Source of the DNA: Lytechinus pictus
Lineage: Eukaryota
DNA length: 64,000 nt
Assembly: GCF_037042905.1 (NCBI RefSeq)
Contig: NC_087250.1
Span: forward strand, 7,628,001 to 7,692,000
Direction of reading: 5' to 3'
In this document: piece after piece, positions 58,701-64,000 of the stretch
Numbering within the stretch: the stretch's first letter is position 1
Layout: every line of letters starts with the position of its first letter
Notes under the pieces: model-generated
Told to the model about the DNA's origin: nothing
The model's input: only the letters and a program-made list of their open reading frames with translations
Database searches by the model: none
Translations under genes and position numbers: made by a program

Positions 58701-61225
58701 CTGGAATAAACAGGATCCGAACTACTTAGCTACCATGGCGATGGATTCATTTGAGGTTAGTGTTGTTCAGGGGTGGTGCTATGGGGGGGGGGGAGGGGGA
58801 GGAATCACTCCTAATTTGCTCTTGAGATTAGCCTGGAATAAGCAGGATCCGAACTACTTGGCTACGATGGCGATGGATTCGTTTGAGGTTAGTGTTATTC
58901 AGGGGTGGTGCTATGGGTCTATTTCCAATTGGTCTAATGCCATTTTGTCCAATTACCAAATCGTCTGCTATCATTTGGTCTACCATCAGTTCGTACTCTA
59001 TCCACATGGTCTAATTGCCATATCGTCCACTCACCATTTAGTCTAATAACCAATTGGTCCAATAGCCATTTAGTCCGTAAACTAGTTGGTCTAATTGGAT
59101 AAGTGTTAATTGGGCGAAATGAATGAAAAGAAAATGGGTATTAGACCAACTGGTTATTAGACGAACTGGTCATAGACGAACTGGTGATTAGATGAAGTGA
59201 TTATTGGACCAAATGGTTGTTAGATAAAATGTTGATAGACGGAATGGCCTTAGCCCAAATGAAGGTAGACCAATGTGATGAGTGGATGAGTTGGCAATAG
59301 ACCGATCGGCAGTTTACCGTGCTATGGGGGGGGGGTAGGTATTGCCCCTAACCAGCTCTTGTAATAAGCCCTTCAGAGGGCAAGGCAGTTCTTAATTTTT
59401 TTCTCATTTTATTTGATATATTCATTTACCAACAATATTCACGTGCTCATACAGGTTCAAATGAAACAAATCACTGAAGAGTTGCACATATGAAATACAC
59501 AACATTGGTTCCATGATCTTTGCTCCAGCGACAATTGCTCGATGGATTATCTACACGTTCAGCCAAACAAACCTAACATCCAAAACTAACTAAACCCTAA
59601 TCCTTATCTTTGCATTATTCTTTACTAAAATCTCTATTGCAATCCCAACTCTAACCCTATGCTCTCTGAGATAAAGACCGGAGCAAATGTCGCAGGACCA
59701 AATGTTGTATCACCGTTCTTTTCATTTGAAAGAAAGGTAGCAGACGTTACTTAATATATATCATGGTCAGAGAGTTTGGACTATAATAAAAATGAAAAAT
59801 AAAAAAGAGGTATCCTTTTTGATAAAAGAGTTTTGCCTGGAATATTTATATGAAATCGTTGATTCTCTTCATTTCTAGGTTATTATTTTGGATGTCAGGG
59901 TTCCGTGCACACCGGTCGCCAGACTCAACAACCATCGAGCATGTGTGAACGGCATCGCCTGGGCTCCACACTCTTCTTGCCACATATGTACAGCTGGTGA
60001 GTCGCAATTAGAAGAAATTTTTATTTCCGTTTTATTTGATTTGATTTCTTTCAAAAATTCAAAGGAATTTAGATCCGTTTTGAACATGCTGGTAAGTCAG
60101 GATTGAAGAATTTTTGTCTTGGGTGGATGAAAAACCTGCTTGCAAATTTTAAGTGTTTAGGCACAGTATACAGTATTTGTCTCCGGACTTTGAAACAGAG
60201 GGTGGTGGGTTTGAATGTTAATTTATTTATTTATTCATTTATTCATTCAATCAATCATTTATTACATCATTCATTCATTCAATCATTTATTTAATCATTC
60301 ATTCATTCAATCAATCATTTAATTATTCATTCATAGATTGATTGATTGATTGATTCAGACCTTCATTTTTGAGGAGCGCGATCGCGCCGGCGCACCTACC
60401 GCGCTCCAAAAAATAATAAGTAGAACAAAAAATTGCGCTCCTAAGGAAAAAAAAAAAATTCTAAAATTTCACATTTTACATCTTTAAATCCATGAAAGGC
60501 CATCTATTTTCCATAATTCCTTGAAATTATTTTGATTTAGTTGAAAACTATCAGAAAAATGAAGAATATTCACCTCTTTCCCGACTCTGATTTGAATTTA
60601 AACTCGGTAAATATTGTAGTCCCATATGTAGATTTTTTTTGCAGGAGCGCAATATTTTGTAAACGTATTGACCCAGGCCTAGTATCACCACAGATCAATT
60701 AATAGCTACACAGCTATTGCATATACGATGTTATGAAAAATCTACAATTTATCATACATGTATTGTATTGAATTGATTTGAGCTCCTCAAGAAGAGCGAT
60801 TCTGAGGAGCTCAATTGAGCTCCTCAAATAATGAGGAGAGCGATTTATTGAGCTCCACGAAATTATAAACGTGAAGGACGGACTGATTGATTGATTGATT
60901 GATTCATTCATTTGTGTATTAATTATTTTCAGGCGAGATGATTGGCACAGTAGATCATAAACGTCGCATGATTGAAACAAATATGAATAGAATCATTGTC
61001 TATTGTATACTGTATCTAAAATTATTCTGTTGAAATTTTGTTTTGCCCTCAGCCGATGACCATCAAGCGTTGATTTGGGACATACAACAGATGCCTCGGG
61101 CCATTGAAGACCCTATCCTAGCATACACTGCAGAGGGAGAGATCAATCAGATACAATGGGCTTCGACACAGCCAGACTGGATCGCCATCTGCTATAATAA
61201 CTGTCTGGAGATTCTTAGGGTATAG
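52584..61225 (+). CDS. DCAF7: DDB1- and CUL4-associated factor 7 (WDR68/HAN11), 343 aa; join(52584..52724,53824..53925,55981..56079,57419..57607,58415..58624,59879..59996,61053..61225); in-frame upstream ATG at 52569 adds 5 aa
   Basis: Translation closely matches vertebrate DCAF7 as I recall it ([98 protein letters not shown]). All exon phases are compatible. Confidence 0.97.
53189..53485 (+). mobile_element. tRNA-derived SINE in DCAF7 intron 1
   Basis: ggcagcgtatctcagttggttag (A box) ... ttcgagtcccgctcatgcc (B box), followed by a non-tRNA body. Confidence 0.6.
53824..53925 (+). CDS. DCAF7: DCAF7 exon 2 (VQIVALNEE...KIMWIPDN)
   Basis: ccttacag acceptor; aat|gtaagc donor; absent from the ORF track. 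Confidence 0.95.
54352..54919. mobile_element. Kolobok-like MITE in DCAF7 intron 2
   Basis: ttaa|aggggcactccagg ... cccagagtaccct|ttaa; body homologous to the 8561 family. Confidence 0.75.
55133..55862. repeat. ~730-bp (GAT)n-based microsatellite
   Basis: Directly visible. Confidence 0.95.
55981..56079 (+). CDS. DCAF7: DCAF7 exon 3 ([14 protein letters not shown]...ECLLNN)
   Basis: tcttatag acceptor; aat|gtaagt donor. Confidence 0.95.
56452..57165. mobile_element. pogo/Tigger-like MITE with TA TSD, nested in a decayed AGGGGAAGTTCAC-family element
   Basis: ta|cagtccgacctctctta ... taagagaggtcggactg|ta; subterminal ATCCGG repeats. Confidence 0.8.
57419..57607 (+). CDS. DCAF7: DCAF7 exon 4 ([15 protein letters not shown]...IAHDKE)
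   Basis: cctattag acceptor; gag|gtacgt donor. Confidence 0.95.
58415..58624 (+). CDS. DCAF7: DCAF7 exon 5 ([11 protein letters not shown]...MAMDSFE)
   Basis: actcaag acceptor; gag|gttagt donor. Confidence 0.95.
58555..58915 (+). repeat. ~131-bp tandem triplication of the exon 5 3' end, donor and intron start
   Basis: Units start at 58555, 58686 and 58818; GTTAGT donors at 58625, 58756 and 58888. Confidence 0.9.
58916..59318. mobile_element. MITE with TTGGTCTA/TAGACC internal repeats and 8-bp TSD GTGCTATG
   Basis: TSD at 58908-58915 and 59319-59326; imperfect TIR ggtctatttccaattggtcta / tagaccgatcggcagtttacc. Confidence 0.75.
59879..59996 (+). CDS. DCAF7: DCAF7 exon 6 ([12 protein letters not shown]...CHICTA)
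   Basis: atttctag acceptor; g|gtgagt donor (phase 1). Confidence 0.95.
61053..61225 (+). CDS. DCAF7: DCAF7 exon 7 (ADDHQALIW...CLEILRV*)
   Basis: gccctcag acceptor; TAG at 61223-61225. Confidence 0.95.
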
Positions 61226-61390
61226 GTGGAGGCAAGGTAGGGGTAGAGCTGACAGATGGACTGACTGACTGACGGACGGACGGACAGGCAGGATCCTGTC
61301 CTAGCTTTCAAGCTGATACCAGGGGGAAAAAAATCATGGGGGGGGGGGGGCTCGGGGCGATATCGCCCTGGAAAATGCTCAAAAGTGTCC

Positions 61391-61446
61391 TGGCTTCTAC
61401 ACACCCAGACTGGATTTCTATCTGCTATAACTGTCCGGAGATTCTT
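61391..61446 (+). pseudogene. Decayed partial duplicate of the DCAF7 last-exon end (continues at ~62070-62145 after inserted MITEs)
   Basis: Reads ASTHPDWISICY-NCPEIL versus functional [19 protein letters not shown]. Confidence 0.7.
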
Positions 61447-62213
61447 GGACCTATATTCTCAAGTCGAATATGATTCAAACTCTGGTTAATAGTTGTGGTT
61501 TAACTATGGAAAGCACTTTGTGACATAAATTTCTATCAGCTAATCTGACTCTGAAATCATTCTGAACTGTCTGGAGAAGATTGATAAGGTTATTGTCTTC
61601 CCCATTAAAGAATTTAATAGGGAAAAGCACACTTAACATAAGAAGCATGCCTTGAAAACACATTTTTGACACCCCTTGCCTTCCCATAAGTTTAGCAGAC
61701 TAAAGGCCACCGCACACCTTATGACCTGACTGGTCTACGACTGGTCTGCGACAGAGTGAAGGGAAAAGTGACGTCACAGCTCTTGTCAACTTGAGAGTCG
61801 CAGACCGGTCAGAGACAAATTGCAAGAAAAATCGTAAGGATTTGACATGTTGACTCCTTACAAGTGGATACGCAGTAGTAAGCTATCAGTTATGGCAAAA
61901 AGCAAAAAGGCATGGGTGAATCGCAGACAGAGGGTACTGTAGTCGGATCGCAAGGTGTGCAGTGTCGAGGCTTATGACTACCATGCGATTCATGTCCCCT
62001 CACTCAGTCGTAGACCAGTCGGATCGAAACGTGTGCGGTGGCCTTATGACCATGGCCTAGGTTAACACAAGGCTATAGGGTGAAGCAAGGTCGGTGTGGG
62101 CTAGACAGATGGACTGACAGACTAATTGATGGACGTACAGACTGACAAAGGTTTAGTGGAACAGAAATGAGAGAAAGAGAGAGGGAGTGAGTGATAAAGT
62201 GATCATAATAGAC

Positions 62214-62364
62214 CAGGGGTCCGTTGCAGAAAGAGTTGCGTTTAAACGCAAGCCAATAAATCAATCGCAAGTCCCAAATGCGCGCTGTTGATTGGTTGAA
62301 AATCAAGTTGCGCATGATATTTAGAGTTGCGATTGATTGCAACTCTTTCTGCAACGGGCCCCTG
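62214..62364. mobile_element. Harbinger-like short MITE (CAGGGG.CCGTTGCAGAAAGAGTTGC ends)
   Basis: caggggtccgttgcagaaagagttgc ... gcaactctttctgcaacgggcccctg. Confidence 0.75.
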
Positions 62365-62475
62365 TTCCCTTAGGACTATAAATACAGAAAAAGAGAAGCA
62401 GAGATAGAGAGAAAGAGCCAGAGATGTGGAAATTAATAGAGAGTTCAGAATGTTTGTATTTAAGGTACCGATAAG

Positions 62476-62914
62476 TATGGAAGCTTAAAAGTGCCACCCA
62501 GATGCTCATATAATCATCTCATCATGTCTACATCTCTTAGGGAAAAGGTTAAGATGACAAGATCTTAGATCTCGTCATGTCTACATCCTGTAAGAGAGAT
62601 GATCAAATGACGAGATCTTGGTTCTCGTCATGTCTACATCTTGTGGGAGAGATGATCAGATGGCAAGATCTTGTATCCTAGATCTTGCCATCTGATCATC
62701 TCTTCTAAAAGATGAAGACATGACGAGATCCAAGGTATTGTCATCTCTTCCACAGGATGTAGACATGACGAGATCCAAGATCTTGTCATCTGATCATCTC
62801 TCCCAAGGGATGTAGACATGACGAGATCTCGATCTCGTCATCCTTTTCTCTACGAGATGTAGACATGACGAGATGATTATATGGACATCCGGGTGGCACT
62901 TTTAAGCTTCCATA
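62476..62914. mobile_element. Palindromic TIR element with internal CTCGTCATGTCTACATC repeats
   Basis: tatggaagcttaaaagtgccaccc ... gggtggcacttttaagcttccata. Confidence 0.8.
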
Positions 62915-62940
62915 GATAAAGAACTTGAATGTTAAAAAAA

Positions 62941-63141
62941 GGGCAATTCCATAAAACATGTATGTCCATCTGCCTATAAGCTGGACCTTCCTCGAACGAT
63001 TTGCCTCTATTACTACTTCATATGAACAGTTATGATGCTCTCAAATTGTCACTGTTTGAGAATGTCAAGAAATGAAGAAAAGAAGTGAGAAAAATGAGGG
63101 GTCGGGCATATAAAAAGATTGACCATTTTATGGAATTGCCC
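62941..63141. mobile_element. GGGCAATTCCATAAAA-TIR MITE
   Basis: gggcaattccataaaa ... ttttatggaattgccc; same family as 10118-10486. Confidence 0.7.
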
Positions 63142-64000
63142 CAGATAGAAAAGAGTCACCATGAACGCGACTGAATTGAACGGACAACTTGTAAAGCTTA
63201 CTGACCAAGAGAAGTTTTGTGCATGGCCTCTACCTTGCTAATTGTATATTCCATGTGTATAGGGATGTTCAGATATTGCGCAATATTAACCTCCCGAATA
63301 GGGCAATGGCAACATCGACACTAACACTGGTCCACAGTTTTAGGCCATTAAAATCTTTGTCGGGACAGTTCATGGCTAAATTTGCTAGCCCGTCATGAGC
63401 AGTTCAAAAATAACTTGTCAAGCCATTAGAAGAACGATAATGAAATAGATCTTTCGGCCTTCTTATCTTTGGTATGAAAACAGAAAAGTTATTGCGATTT
63501 ATTATGCAATGTCTGAACGTGCCCTCATGTTTTCATAATCATTATTCCATATTGTGTATACTTCACTAAGTTTATTCAGAACCTTAAAGATATATCCAAT
63601 ATAGGACCAGCATTTCCTCATTAACTATTTATTTCTGACTAATGTATATTTGATGTCACAAATTCTAAGTAGTATGACAAGTTTTGAAATCATTGAATGT
63701 GCATGAAAGTGGTTCATTTGAATTCATGAATTTTCCAGTTGAAATTAGCCCATTTTAACTTTTCATTGAGCTTGAAGACAAAGTAACTTTTTATTGGATT
63801 CCAAATCATAGTATGTTCAGCTGCTAAATCAATCATAATTATTATCATTAAGGTCAAACAAGAATGATGAAAGGTTCATTAACCAACTCAATTAATAGGC
63901 GTGTTCAGACCGCCTCAAAGTGTGAGAATACCGTACTAGGTATTCTCTAACCAGAGAATTTACCCTGATCTACCCGATCATAAAATGCCAGGTATTTTTG

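Overview
This is AT-rich, intron-containing animal genomic DNA, not prokaryotic. The repeat landscape (tRNA-derived SINEs with a Deu-like core, TTAA-flanked and CACTG-ended MITEs) resembles a sea urchin or other invertebrate deuterostome; that assignment is inference. Three spliced + strand genes could be rebuilt by hand: (1) a 177-aa four-transmembrane CD20/MS4A-like gene (5 coding exons, 23049-29043); (2) a 205-aa signal peptide + single Reeler domain + Ser/Thr stalk + GPI-like tail gene (5 exons, 41239-48956); (3) a highly conserved DCAF7/WDR68 gene (7 exons, 52584-61225, 343 aa) with a GC-AG first intron. The rest is mostly non-autonomous DNA transposons (often nested), SINEs, microsatellites and local duplications. 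Most notable: a triplicated 3' end plus splice donor of DCAF7 exon 5 whose third copy differs only by synonymous changes; a decayed, transposon-interrupted duplicate of the DCAF7 last-exon end; two copies of a minimal hammerhead-ribozyme-like motif (U4C core variant) in a Penelope-like terminus; and a near-identical A-X-B-A'-B' duplication at 33.3-37.5 kb. I found no evidence of a new multi-gene system, and most ORF-track entries are spurious.
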